NCBI GenBank assembly: GCA_036507075.1
Contig: DASXQR010000157.1
Location: 1 to 16,486, forward strand
Length of the DNA: 16,486 bases
Direction: 5' to 3'
Source: Acidobacteriota bacterium
GTDB taxonomy: Bacteria > Acidobacteriota > UBA6911 > JACQSX01
In this document: one piece after another, positions 16,413 to 16,486 of the stretch
Numbering within the stretch: position 1 is the stretch's first letter
Layout: the number at the start of each line of letters is the position of its first letter
The notes under the pieces: model-generated
Database searches by the model: none
Told to the model about the DNA's origin: nothing
The model's input: the letters and a program-made list of their open reading frames with translations, nothing else
Translations under genes and position numbers: made by a program

Positions 16413-16442
16413 TTCACCGCAAAGGCCGCAAAGAGCGCTAAG
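16413..16442 (+). repeat. Three 9-mer units (half copy of the CRCNAA family)
   Basis: TTCAC-CGCAAAG-GC-CGCAAAG-AG-CGCTAAG, with the same TTCACC start and triple-unit layout as the 6716 arm. Confidence 0.7.
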
Positions 16443-16486
16443 AACAGCGCACAGGACGGGGCTGAAACTTGAAGTATGAAGGCAGC

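Noticed and set aside
16233..16472. 79-aa ORF overlapping msrB
   Set aside because: Out-of-frame overlap with msrB; its tail (VIGHQSSVI, TAKAAKSAK) is translated repeat DNA.
1..16486. tRNA-Sec, selA/selB, transposase or integrase genes
   Set aside because: No cloverleaf or matching protein motifs were seen in this window.

Overview
GC-rich bacterial chromosomal window (an Acidobacteriota-like genome is a guess from gene content only). The left half (minus strand) is a selenocysteine-dependent, Tat-exported formate dehydrogenase operon: fdhE-fdnG(Sec)-fdnH-fdnI-mrp/apbC, preceded by an MFS transporter. The ORF track splits fdnG in two at an in-frame TGA followed by a canonical SECIS hairpin, and misses mrp because it runs off the window edge. 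The plus strand carries a MetE catalytic-domain-like protein, a Tat-signal oligogalacturonate-lyase-family propeller, an amidohydrolase, a Tat-signal sugar isomerase/epimerase TIM barrel, a MatB-like acyl-CoA synthetase and msrB. A single-domain response regulator lies on the minus strand. The most unusual signal is non-coding. Most intergenic gaps from 6.7 kb onward hold structured repeats: head-to-head arrays of an 8-10 nt unit with core C-R-C-N-A-A (6716, 8074, 12054; half copies at 13080 and 16413), 7-mer tandem runs, a perfect 24-bp hairpin and a REPIN-like doublet. Several are fused into gene ends, supplying both start codons of a divergent gene pair and the C-terminus of the MFS protein.
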